Assembly: GCA_965202665.1 (NCBI GenBank)
Contig: OZ241841.1
Coordinates: 453,743 to 517,742 of the forward strand
Origin: Candidatus Spongiisociaceae bacterium
GTDB lineage: Bacteria > Actinomycetota > Acidimicrobiia > Spongiisociales > Spongiisociaceae
DNA: 64,000 nucleotides
Reading direction: 5' to 3'
In this document: piece after piece, positions 8,752 through 17,158 of the stretch
Layout: each line of letters begins with the position of its first letter
How positions within the stretch are numbered: position 1 is the first letter of the stretch
The notes under the pieces: model-generated
What the model was told of the DNA's origin: nothing
The model's database searches: none
The model's input: only the letters and a program-made list of their open reading frames with translations
Position numbers and translations under genes: made by a program

Positions 8752-11541
8752 TTAGAGGGTTTGCTGGACGGGGGCGACGGCCTCGTGGGCGTGTTGCAGA
8801 AGGTTGTTCCAGGAAACAATCAGCGAATTGTAAGCCACCGCATCCTCAGTGCGGCCAGCACTGTTGGCCACCTCATACAGCAAGTAGGCCAGATGACGGG
8901 CATAGTCGCCCAAACCCGGTCCCGCCCGAGCCAGCAACACCCCGGCCTGGACATCCGACCGGCCCTGGCGGGCCACCAAATGCTGAGTAAGCTCCCACAC
9001 CGTCAACCGCCGATCCTCCGCCGGATCCCACTCCGGGTCCAACTCATCCCTGGTCAACAACCGCACCTTGCCGCCCTTAGATTCCGCCACCTCCGCCTCC
9101 ACCACCCCCGACACCGACGTGTTCATCGCCTTCGCCAACGTCTCCGCATCCCCAAACGGACCCGGCTGATGCCCAAACTGCCGATACCAGGTAAGGGCAA
9201 ACCGGCTGTCGGCATCCAAATCGGTCTCCTCCTGAGACAGGATTTCCTCCAGCACCCCGTTAATCAAGGCAAGGGCGGTGCGCACCCGCATCGTGGAACC
9301 GTCCGCTTCCACCACCCGCTTATACCGGGAGAACACTCGCATACCAGGTCCGATAGCCGACTGCGCCATATCCACCGGAGGAATGGCCTGCTCCTGCAAC
9401 AACCCCACCGCCTCCGGCAATTCTTCCCGCAACGCCGCCAAAAACCCACCCCGCGTCTCCAACCGAGCATCCACCGACCGCGGCCGACAAGCCAACACCA
9501 CCGACGACGCCAGTAACGCTTTAGTCTTAGAACCCAATTTTCCAGGCCTTTCAGTCCGAATAGGCCAAGTCGCAATTACCTGCAAACCAGCATCCACCAG
9601 ACTTTGCAGAAACGTCTCCCAACCGGTAGATGTAGTCTCACCAGATTTGATCTCCTTCTGTTTGAAAGCATAGAAAATCGTCGACGGGAAATCGGGATGT
9701 TGATTATGGGCTATCTGCTCCATCACTTTAAACATTCCTGACTCAAAATGTTCTTTTGCTACTTCTTTGGACCCTGCTCGCCAACGATTAGCAACTAACT
9801 CCTCTTTCTTTGGCGTCTGTAGTGTTGAACATTCATCTGGCCATACATCCGACAGGTTACGACGGAGCCATACATAGAAAAAATCTGAAATATCGGCATA
9901 AAAAATATTATCATAATAAGGCGGATCCGTACTAATAACCGGTCTTTCCACCTTACCTAACTGTGCTACTGCATCTCGTTGCCAAATATCACCAAACGGC
10001 GAACTTGGTAAATGAGCAACGGATTTAGCTACCCATTCAATCTGGCCTAACCAATTACCAGTTGAAAAAGAGAATGGGTTGGCTTCCGCAAAGTCCCAAA
10101 CCATACCTATTACCTGCCTACCAAAAAGGCTTGCGATTTTTTCGGCACCGTCCTGCCATCTTGATAAGCTATTCCATCGGTCAGTACACCTATCTATAGC
10201 AAAAGCTAGGTATGTTATAACTGCATCTGCATAGGCAATATTACCAATCCCACCATCCCTGAAACCTCTTTTCTCATTAGTCAGTCCCCTGTGAATTGCG
10301 TCTTCCTCTACCATCGCTCTTATGTCTAATAGTAAATCGGAAAAGATATTTAAAGCAATCAACTGGCGATTAGTAAACAAGTCTCCCCACTCAATCATCC
10401 CGTACAAAGGAACATTACCTGAGGCCTTGCCATGCAAAGTACCAACAGGCATCCAGAAAGGTGCCGGAATATCGGGTATTACAGGCGCAGAAACATACTC
10501 ACGACCTCTGCTTCCTGCAACTACAACCCCTATACATACTTTTCGTATTAATCCTTTCTTGCCTTGCTCCTTAATATAATCGAGCAAAATCGGGGCACCG
10601 GTCGCAATGCAGACACCTCCTCCCCTCCCAATAGTGCCTCCACTCGGCGTTCCACTTTTCCTTACTTGGTAGATCACTGTTTGGGTATCCCGGTTCACAA
10701 TTGGCTCTACCCACACCACTGGCTTGCCCGGCTTGTTGCGTAGCACCCCGGATTTGAGCAAGGGCACGTGGCCTTTCCAGGACGGGTCGGGGGACTGTAC
10801 CGTCCTAGCCCACAACCAGGCGATCACCGTTTTGCCATCCACCTTTGGGTATAGATAACCTATTTGTTCCCACGCCTTCTTTCGCATCCACTCTCCGTAG
10901 TATCTGATGTCCTCTGCTAAACCCTGCGCTCCCTTCCAAGTCTTCAACCCCGACTCCCCACGACTGACAGGGTTGACCGGCGGCTGTCCCGCGAACCGAG
11001 GTGGGATTTCCACCATCGCCTTGCTGATTAGTACTGCAACAGGGTTTAGGTCACCCCCATACGCGGAGAGGCCCAAACGTTGGGCCTCCAGTGGAATCGT
11101 CCCTCCCCCACAGAAGGGATCTAAAACCTTGATTTTTGATAGAATCTCTGCTAGGTTATCATTAGCTGTTGTGTTGTGTTGTGTTGTGTTGTGTTGTGTT
11201 GTGTTGTGTTGTGTTGTGTTGTGTTGGCTATTTGCGATTTCTCTTCGGGCTTGATCCAACACGTCCTGGTTGTTGGAATTTTCCCAAACCACAAGCCTTT
11301 CCAGGATTCCGAATAGTCTTTTTCTCTCGACCTTTTGATCTTCTGCGGTGGGGAACTGGTCGGGGTGGGAGGACGGGTCATCCACCAGCGACGCCCACAG
11401 CACCGCCCGCGCCGCCGCCAGCGGGCGGCGGGCCCACCATAGATGCAGGGTGGAAGGGTGGCCGTGCCGGATGGCTTTCTCGCGGGCGGATTCCCTGCTT
11501 ATGGCCTCCAGGGGCAGGGCTACTTCTATCAGTTTCTTCAT
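8752..11541 (-). CDS. DNA methyltransferase, DUF1156-family paralog 3 (in-frame (GTGTT)12 linker repeat)
   Basis: The ORF track gives 8752..12360. The real start is the ATG at 11541 ([40 protein letters not shown]); upstream of that the frame overlaps rsmI. The linker is ...[45 protein letters not shown]. Confidence 0.85.
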   Translation of the reverse strand: MKKLIEVALPLEAISRESAREKAIRHGHPSTLHLWWARRPLAAARAVLWASLVDDPSSHPDQFPTAEDQKVERKRLFGILERLVVWENSNNQDVLDQARREIANSQHNTTQHNTTQHNTTQHNTTANDNLAEILSKIKVLDPFCGGGTIPLEAQRLGLSAYGGDLNPVAVLISKAMVEIPPRFAGQPPVNPVSRGESGLKTWKGAQGLAEDIRYYGEWMRKKAWEQIGYLYPKVDGKTVIAWLWARTVQSPDPSWKGHVPLLKSGVLRNKPGKPVVWVEPIVNRDTQTVIYQVRKSGTPSGGTIGRGGGVCIATGAPILLDYIKEQGKKGLIRKVCIGVVVAGSRGREYVSAPVIPDIPAPFWMPVGTLHGKASGNVPLYGMIEWGDLFTNRQLIALNIFSDLLLDIRAMVEEDAIHRGLTNEKRGFRDGGIGNIAYADAVITYLAFAIDRCTDRWNSLSRWQDGAEKIASLFGRQVIGMVWDFAEANPFSFSTGNWLGQIEWVAKSVAHLPSSPFGDIWQRDAVAQLGKVERPVISTDPPYYDNIFYADISDFFYVWLRRNLSDVWPDECSTLQTPKKEELVANRWRAGSKEVAKEHFESGMFKVMEQIAHNQHPDFPSTIFYAFKQKEIKSGETTSTGWETFLQSLVDAGLQVIATWPIRTERPGKLGSKTKALLASSVVLACRPRSVDARLETRGGFLAALREELPEAVGLLQEQAIPPVDMAQSAIGPGMRVFSRYKRVVEADGSTMRVRTALALINGVLEEILSQEETDLDADSRFALTWYRQFGHQPGPFGDAETLAKAMNTSVSGVVEAEVAESKGGKVRLLTRDELDPEWDPAEDRRLTVWELTQHLVARQGRSDVQAGVLLARAGPGLGDYARHLAYLLYEVANSAGRTEDAVAYNSLIVSWNNLLQHAHEAVAPVQQTL
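11166..11225. repeat. (GTGTT)12 pentanucleotide simple-sequence repeat inside methyltransferase paralog 3
   Basis: ctgtt followed by 11 gtgtt units, 60 nt in total, encoding (QHNTT)4 in frame. A change of one or two units gives a frameshift. Confidence 0.9.
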
Positions 11542-11555
11542 CGGGGCAACCTTAG

Positions 11556-12380
11556 TTACTTGGCCCGGAGCGTGGCCTGATATAGGGCCCGGCGGCTTAG
11601 GCCTGTGTTTTCGGCTACTTGGCGCACTGCGTCCGACATGGCCGCGCCCGCCTCCATTCGGGACAGCACTTCGGTTACCGCTTCGTCCAGCGGGGCTTCC
11701 CCGGCCTCCGCCCCCTCGACGACCAGGGTGAATTCGCCTTGGGGCTTTTCCGACCCCCATTTTTCCTCCGCCTCCTCCAGCGTGCCCCACCATATTTCTT
11801 CGTGCATTTTGGTCAGCTCCCGGGCGGCGCACGTCCGCCGGTGGCCGCCCAGGGCTTCGGCCAAACTTTCCAGGTCGTCCAACAGGTGGTGGGGGGCGAT
11901 GAACAGCACCATCGGGCGTTCCTCCCCGGCCAAGGATTCCAGGCGCCGGGCGCGGTCGCCTCCTTTGCGGGGCAGAAACCCTTCGAACGTGAACCGGTCG
12001 GCGGCGAACCCGGATACGGCCAGGGCGGCCGGGACGGCGCAGGGGCCGGGAATCACCGACACTTCCGCCCCGGCCCGCAGGGCGTCCGCCACCGCCCGGC
12101 GCCCCGGATCGGCCACCCCCGGCGTCCCGGCGTCGGTGATCAGGGCCGCCGTCCCCCCCGCCTCCAACATGCGCGCCAGCCGCTCCGACTTCTGCGCTTC
12201 GTTGCCCGCGTAATAAGATTCGGGGCGGACGGACGCCCCGCAATGTTCCAGCAAAATCCGGGCCCGGCGGGTGTCTTCGGCGAACACCGCGTCCGCTTCC
12301 CGCAACGTTTCCAGCAGGCGGGCGGAAACATCCCCCAGGTTGCCGATGGGGGTGGCGCACAGAATCAGCCGGCCGCTCAT
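11556..12380 (-). CDS. rsmI: 16S rRNA (cytidine1402-2'-O)-methyltransferase RsmI
   Basis: 274 aa. MSGRLILCATPIGNLGDVSARL...ITDAGTPGVADPG...TFEGFLPRKG...TKMHEE is the RsmI/tetrapyrrole-methylase fold. The start is the ATG at 12380. The ORF-track N-terminal extension is spurious. Confidence 0.85.
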   Translation of the reverse strand: MSGRLILCATPIGNLGDVSARLLETLREADAVFAEDTRRARILLEHCGASVRPESYYAGNEAQKSERLARMLEAGGTAALITDAGTPGVADPGRRAVADALRAGAEVSVIPGPCAVPAALAVSGFAADRFTFEGFLPRKGGDRARRLESLAGEERPMVLFIAPHHLLDDLESLAEALGGHRRTCAARELTKMHEEIWWGTLEEAEEKWGSEKPQGEFTLVVEGAEAGEAPLDEAVTEVLSRMEAGAAMSDAVRQVAENTGLSRRALYQATLRAK

Positions 12381-13927
12381 TCTTCGGCCCTCATCTGGGC
12401 GGCGGCCCGTCTTCCCGCCTCGGCGTCGTCGGCCACCACCAAAGTCAGCGTCTCCCCCTGTCGGCCCAGCAGGGCGTACACGTCCCCGCCCGGCCATTCC
12501 AAAGTGGTGCCCGACAGGGTGGAAATCCCCACCGGCAACCCGCCCACCAGGTCCACCAGGGCGGCGGCCATGCGCGAGGCGTCCGCGAAAGAGTCGCCCC
12601 GGTAGCGCACCGCCCACACCAGATGCCCCCGCTCCGGGTTCCACAGCAGTTGGAACCGGTCGCCCCCCCATCCCCGGGCGGCGTCGGCGGCCTGCGCGAA
12701 CCGGCCTCCGCCGCCCAGCAGGGCCCGCCATCCCCGTTCCCCCCAAGTTCCCTCCTCCGCCGTCTCGTAGCCTTCCAACGCCACCGCGAACGGCTCCAGC
12801 GGGACGGGCGGCTCCATCCGGTTGTACAGGTCGGGGTGCAGCACCTGTTCGGTGGAGACGGGCGGGGCGGCCAAAGCCCGGTCCAACCCGGTCGTCCCCT
12901 CCTGCCGGTAAAGATGCAGGGCCAGGGCGGAACCGGCCGCCGTCGCGAACCGGGCCTGCTCCGCCAGGAAGGGCGGCCCCTGGGCGAACCCGGGCCGGGC
13001 GTCGGCCGCGGCCTGCTCGGCCAGGGCCGCCCGCCGCTCCTCCGGCAGGGCGTCGGCGTACAAGGTCTGAACGAGGGCCGCCTCCCCGGCCAGCAACGCC
13101 CCCACGGCAGCCGCCCGGTCGGGATCGCCGTCTTCCGCCAAAGCCGAATGTTCCTCCACCGTTTCCGGATAGTGCAGATGGGCCAGCATCCGGGTCAAAG
13201 CCCCCGCCAGGGCCCACTGCTGATACTCGTCCAACCCGTCCAAGCCCTCCCCCTCCCCCTCAGGTTGCGCCCCCTCCGGCGACGCAGCGTCTTCCCCTTC
13301 CCCCTCAGGTTGCGCCTGCGGCGGCGGGTCTTCTTCCCCGTCCGGCGGCTCCTCCCCCTCCCCCGCTTCGGCCTCCTCGGCGGGTTGCGGGGGGTCGGGG
13401 GTCAGCGGGATCACCACCCGTCCCCGTTCCGCCTGGTAGAAGGGCAGTTCCGGGGTGCGCCCCGTTTGAAAAGAACGGTAGAAGGATTCCAGGTCGGCTT
13501 CGGGGGGGAGCAGGTTGAACAAGTCCAGAAAAGCCCGCTCATAGTCTTCCGGGACGGTTGGGGGGGCCTCCGCCGCAGGTTGCGTCACCACCAACGGGAG
13601 GGAAGGAAACTTTCTCCCCCGCAACTGTTCGACGCGGGCGGTCAACTCGTTCACCTGTTCTTCCAAAGCACCGGGCAGGGGCGGACGGGGGGGGACGGTG
13701 GTGGTCGTGGTAGGCGGGAGGGTGGTGGTGGTGACGACGCGGGTGGCAGGGGGGACGGTGGTGGCGACGGAAACGGCGGAGGTGGCGGCCGGCGCGGCGG
13801 ACGGGGGCGGGGCGGTGGGCCCGGCGGTTTCGGAACCGCACCCGGCGACTACCGCCAGCAGGACGGACAGTATCGTCGCCCGCAACGCGGGGCGGTTGAA
13901 TATCACGGGTTTCACGGGCGATGCCAA
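12377..13927 (-). CDS. Putative lipoprotein of unknown function (Pro/Glu-rich linker). Its stop overlaps the rsmI start in an ATGA overlap.
   Basis: 516-aa ORF with signal peptide and lipobox (LLAVVAGCGSE), a (T/P)-rich segment, and an acidic PEGEGE low-complexity insert. High-GC codon usage is consistent with a real gene. Confidence 0.5.
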   Translation of the reverse strand: MASPVKPVIFNRPALRATILSVLLAVVAGCGSETAGPTAPPPSAAPAATSAVSVATTVPPATRVVTTTTLPPTTTTTVPPRPPLPGALEEQVNELTARVEQLRGRKFPSLPLVVTQPAAEAPPTVPEDYERAFLDLFNLLPPEADLESFYRSFQTGRTPELPFYQAERGRVVIPLTPDPPQPAEEAEAGEGEEPPDGEEDPPPQAQPEGEGEDAASPEGAQPEGEGEGLDGLDEYQQWALAGALTRMLAHLHYPETVEEHSALAEDGDPDRAAAVGALLAGEAALVQTLYADALPEERRAALAEQAAADARPGFAQGPPFLAEQARFATAAGSALALHLYRQEGTTGLDRALAAPPVSTEQVLHPDLYNRMEPPVPLEPFAVALEGYETAEEGTWGERGWRALLGGGGRFAQAADAARGWGGDRFQLLWNPERGHLVWAVRYRGDSFADASRMAAALVDLVGGLPVGISTLSGTTLEWPGGDVYALLGRQGETLTLVVADDAEAGRRAAAQMRAEE

Positions 13928-13991
13928 ACCAACAAGAGGAGGGTAGCGTTCCCCAACCCGTAAACGGGGTTGCGGTTGCCCGTATCATAGA

Positions 13992-15335
13992 ATGGAAACC
14001 GTGCGGATAGCGCTTATCTCCACCTACGAACTCGGCCATCAGCCGGTTCATCTGGCTTCGCCGGCCGCCGCCCTGCGCCGCCGGGGGCACCAGGTGGCCG
14101 TCTTGGATCTGGCGGTGCAGCCCTGGGACGAAGGCTTGGCAGAATGGGCGGAGGGGGTTGCGTTCAGCGTTCCCATGCACACCGCCCTGCGCCTGGCCAC
14201 CCGGGCCGCCCGCCGCCTGCGGGAGGAGCGCACCGGTTTGCCGATCGCCGCCTACGGCCTGTACGCCCCGTCCGCCGAAGACGACCCGGCGTTTGACCGC
14301 GCCATCGGGGGGGAATACGAAACGGGGCTGGCGGAATGGGCGGAGGGGATAGGCCGGGGCCGGGCGGAGGCGGGGGCCTCCGTCTACCGGGGGCGCACGG
14401 TTTTCGAAGTGCCGGACCGGACCGGCCTGCCCTCCCTGGACCGCTACGCCCGGCTGGAAACGGGGGGCGTCCGGCGGTTGGCGGGGGCGGTGGAAAGCGG
14501 CCACGGATGCCGGCACCGTTGCCGCCACTGCCCGTTGCCCGCCGTCTACGACGGGCGGTTCCGGGCCGTTCCCCGGGAGACGGTCCTGGCCGACATCGGG
14601 CAACTGGCGGAGGCGGGGGCGGAGCATATTACCTTCGCCGACGCCGACTTTTTCAACGGCCCGCAACATTCGTTGCGCATCGTTCGGGAAATGCGCCGCC
14701 GCTGGCCCCGTCTCACCTTCGACGCCACCGTCAAAGTGGAGCATCTGCTGGTTCATTCCGGGCTGTTGGGGGAGTTGCGGGACAACGGGTGCCTGTTCGT
14801 AGTGTCGGCTTTTGAAAGTCTCAACGACCGCATACTGGAGATTTTGGACAAGGGGCACACCGCCGCCGAAGCGGGGGCGGCGTTGCATCTGGTTCGGCGG
14901 GCCGGGCTGGAAATCCACCCCACCTGGCTGCCGTTCACGCCTTGGACGGAGATGGGGGACGTAGCCGACATTTTCGCTTTTGTGGCGGATCACGACCTGG
15001 TGGAAATCACCGACCCGGTGCAACTGTCCATCCGGCTGTTGGTTCCCCGCCGGTCGTTGCTGGCCGACCACGCGGAGTTTGCGCCCCACCGGGGGGAATA
15101 CGACCCGGAGGCGGCCACTTACCGATGGCGCTCCCCCGACCCGGGGGTGGATGAGTTGGCCGAGCGCCTGGCGGCCATCGCGGAAGAGGGGACGGGCCGG
15201 CCGCCCCGGGAAACTTTTACCCGAATGCGGAGGGCGGTGCGGGAGGCGGCCGGTGGCGACCGGCGTTTGGCGGAGGCCATTCCCGGAGGAGCGACGGAGG
15301 GGAGGCCGCGGCTAACCGAGCCGTGGTTCTGCTGA
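13992..15335 (+). CDS. B12-binding-domain radical SAM protein
   Basis: 447 aa. CRHRCRHCP is a CxxxCxxC radical-SAM cluster motif. The N-terminal region (IALISTYELGHQPVHLASPAAALRRRGHQVAVLDL) looks like a B12-binding/Rossmann domain. Confidence 0.6.
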   Translation: METVRIALISTYELGHQPVHLASPAAALRRRGHQVAVLDLAVQPWDEGLAEWAEGVAFSVPMHTALRLATRAARRLREERTGLPIAAYGLYAPSAEDDPAFDRAIGGEYETGLAEWAEGIGRGRAEAGASVYRGRTVFEVPDRTGLPSLDRYARLETGGVRRLAGAVESGHGCRHRCRHCPLPAVYDGRFRAVPRETVLADIGQLAEAGAEHITFADADFFNGPQHSLRIVREMRRRWPRLTFDATVKVEHLLVHSGLLGELRDNGCLFVVSAFESLNDRILEILDKGHTAAEAGAALHLVRRAGLEIHPTWLPFTPWTEMGDVADIFAFVADHDLVEITDPVQLSIRLLVPRRSLLADHAEFAPHRGEYDPEAATYRWRSPDPGVDELAERLAAIAEEGTGRPPRETFTRMRRAVREAAGGDRRLAEAIPGGATEGRPRLTEPWFC

Positions 15336-15499
15336 GCGGAACCCACCGCGGACCAGTTAGGTTCGCTAACCCCAACCTAAAACCGGCCCCGCCGTTTCCC
15401 CCGCCCGCATCTCGGCCCTAAACATCCGAAAAATATTTTCCGGTTTTGGACGCGGCGGGTTTAATCCTGTGATAACGTAGAGGAATAAGGGCAAGCGAG

Positions 15500-15781
15500 A
15501 TGCACCAGCAAACCAACCCAATGTTTGAAACACCGCCAAAGATAGCACTGTGGGCAGTCGTAACATTACTGTTAGCAGGTTGCGCTAGTGCCTCCAACAG
15601 CTCCTCTGCGTCCACCATCAACGATGGGATTGTTCCATTGTATTTGGAGGAGGTGGTTCCGCCGTGTGTTCCCACTGAGTTGGAACCTGATCCTTGTCCG
15701 CCGGATTTACCTGCTCATATTGTAGAATCTAACCATCAGGGGCTTGCTGCCGTGCTTATGCGTGGTTCCTTCCTTCAATGA
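15500..15781 (+). CDS. Lipoprotein signal-peptide ORF (probable N-terminal part of the following surface protein, separated by a frame change)
   Basis: MHQQTNPMFETPPKIALWAVVTLLLAGCASASNS carries a lipobox LAGC. It ends at 15781, where GC content drops abruptly. Confidence 0.4.
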   Translation: MHQQTNPMFETPPKIALWAVVTLLLAGCASASNSSSASTINDGIVPLYLEEVVPPCVPTELEPDPCPPDLPAHIVESNHQGLAAVLMRGSFLQ

Positions 15782-17030
15782 AAGGCTATTGTGGGATCCC
15801 CAAATGGATGGATCTAGTAGTATCCATATTGTTGTAAGAGGAACTGTTAAAACCAACACTACCAGATGCGATCTCTATAAAGATAAAGTAGCTGATTATG
15901 TAGTAAAGTTATATACAACAATTCGTGTGGTTGATCAATACCTAGTAGATTATTATGATTATAATTGCTTTGCAGAAGTCGCAGTGAAAGAATATATAGT
16001 AGGCGAAGGCCCACCTTCTCTAACAGTAATAACTTATAAACAAGGTATGCATAGGAGTCATCTAGATTCTGAGGGAAATGTTAGTGATTATTTCTTAGAA
16101 TATATTGATCCCAAAACGAAAGCAATCGCTCATGAAGGTAGAGAAATTATCTTTTTCCTGGGTCCTTCTCCGTCTATAGAAGTAGAGGCCTGGGCTGGAT
16201 TAGGGGGTGGAAGCATGTGGTTCCTGCAACAGACCGAAGATGGCATAAGGGCCATAGCTGATTACTATCGAATAGCCGTACTAGAAGAACATCGCCAAAA
16301 ATTGAATCTGCCGCTAGATGAAATGATAGAAGACATCAAACAAGCCGCCATAAATAGAGCCACCCTGACCGGAGGACGGATAGGAACCGATCCGGAACTA
16401 CCCATGTATATTACCGATGCCAACAAACTACGCGACCACTATATCGAAGTAGGAGCCGTATACGATGCTACCGAACAAGCAACCAAATTACCTCCACCGG
16501 TTCCTGGGGAAGGTGATCCTCCTGCGCCTACTATTCCAACCAACGATGGAACGACGGGAACCACCGTACCGGCACCGGGGGCAGAACCGACCATTCCACC
16601 ACCGACGGATGATGCGGGACTTTCCATCGAGCAGGAAACCACAACCACCACCGAAACAACTACTACCACCACCACCACCACAACAGAGGTTGCGTCCGTA
16701 GTGTCGACCACTACCGAACCGGTGGCAACCACGACCACTACTGCGGGAACCGTAACGGAACCTGTCACTGGTACGACTACCACATCCACCACAACTACAT
16801 CGGAACCACCGGGCGGGGAAAATGATGCTCCGTCTGTGAATGTCGGTCCTCCGGAAGAAGAACAGACCACCACCACTACAGAAACGCCAGAGTCAGGGGA
16901 AGGCGACATTCCGGAGGAAACCCCCTCAACAACCGTCCCAGCCGGCGACAGCATTCCCCCGCCCGCCGAAGACAACCAACCCGGCCAAGAACCGGCGCCT
17001 GCCGGCCCGGTTGATGAACCCGCAAGCTAA
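15744..17030 (+). CDS. Thr/Pro-rich secreted or surface protein of unknown function. Its N-terminal domain is encoded by an AT-rich (~40% GC) island.
   Basis: 428-aa ORF. 15790-16480 is AT-rich. The C-terminal half is TTTTTETTTTTTTTTT..PPPAEDNQPGQEP low-complexity linker. There is no signal peptide in this frame, whereas the upstream ORF in another frame supplies one. This suggests a frameshift or pseudogene. Confidence 0.45.
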   Translation: MLPCLCVVPSFNERLLWDPQMDGSSSIHIVVRGTVKTNTTRCDLYKDKVADYVVKLYTTIRVVDQYLVDYYDYNCFAEVAVKEYIVGEGPPSLTVITYKQGMHRSHLDSEGNVSDYFLEYIDPKTKAIAHEGREIIFFLGPSPSIEVEAWAGLGGGSMWFLQQTEDGIRAIADYYRIAVLEEHRQKLNLPLDEMIEDIKQAAINRATLTGGRIGTDPELPMYITDANKLRDHYIEVGAVYDATEQATKLPPPVPGEGDPPAPTIPTNDGTTGTTVPAPGAEPTIPPPTDDAGLSIEQETTTTTETTTTTTTTTTEVASVVSTTTEPVATTTTTAGTVTEPVTGTTTTSTTTTSEPPGGENDAPSVNVGPPEEEQTTTTTETPESGEGDIPEETPSTTVPAGDSIPPPAEDNQPGQEPAPAGPVDEPAS

Positions 17031-17158
17031 TCCAATGTTTGACGCTCCGGCGCCCGGCGGGGCGGCGCCTATCCGTCCGCCGGTTCAACCGGCTAGCGAT
17101 GTTCCGGCGCCGACGGGGGTGGTTCGGTTAGCGGCGCGGAGGGGTTATCATCGGGGAG

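Noticed and set aside
11542-12360. N-terminal 270-aa extension of ORF 8752..12360 (Gly/Arg-rich)
   Set aside because: It overlaps rsmI in another frame. The DUF1156 homology starts exactly at the MKKLIEV ATG at 11541, where paralogs 1 and 2 also start.
12271-15089. Large overlapping ORFs 12271..13518 +, 12623..13963 + and 13539..15089 -
   Set aside because: They are Pro/Arg/Gly-rich antisense frames of the lipoprotein and radical-SAM genes. No motifs are present.
15336-15499. Possible tRNA or small RNA in the intergenic region after the radical SAM gene
   Set aside because: No cloverleaf-compatible segments were found (no GTTCRANYC T-loop or acceptor pairing). There is only a weak 4-bp hairpin.
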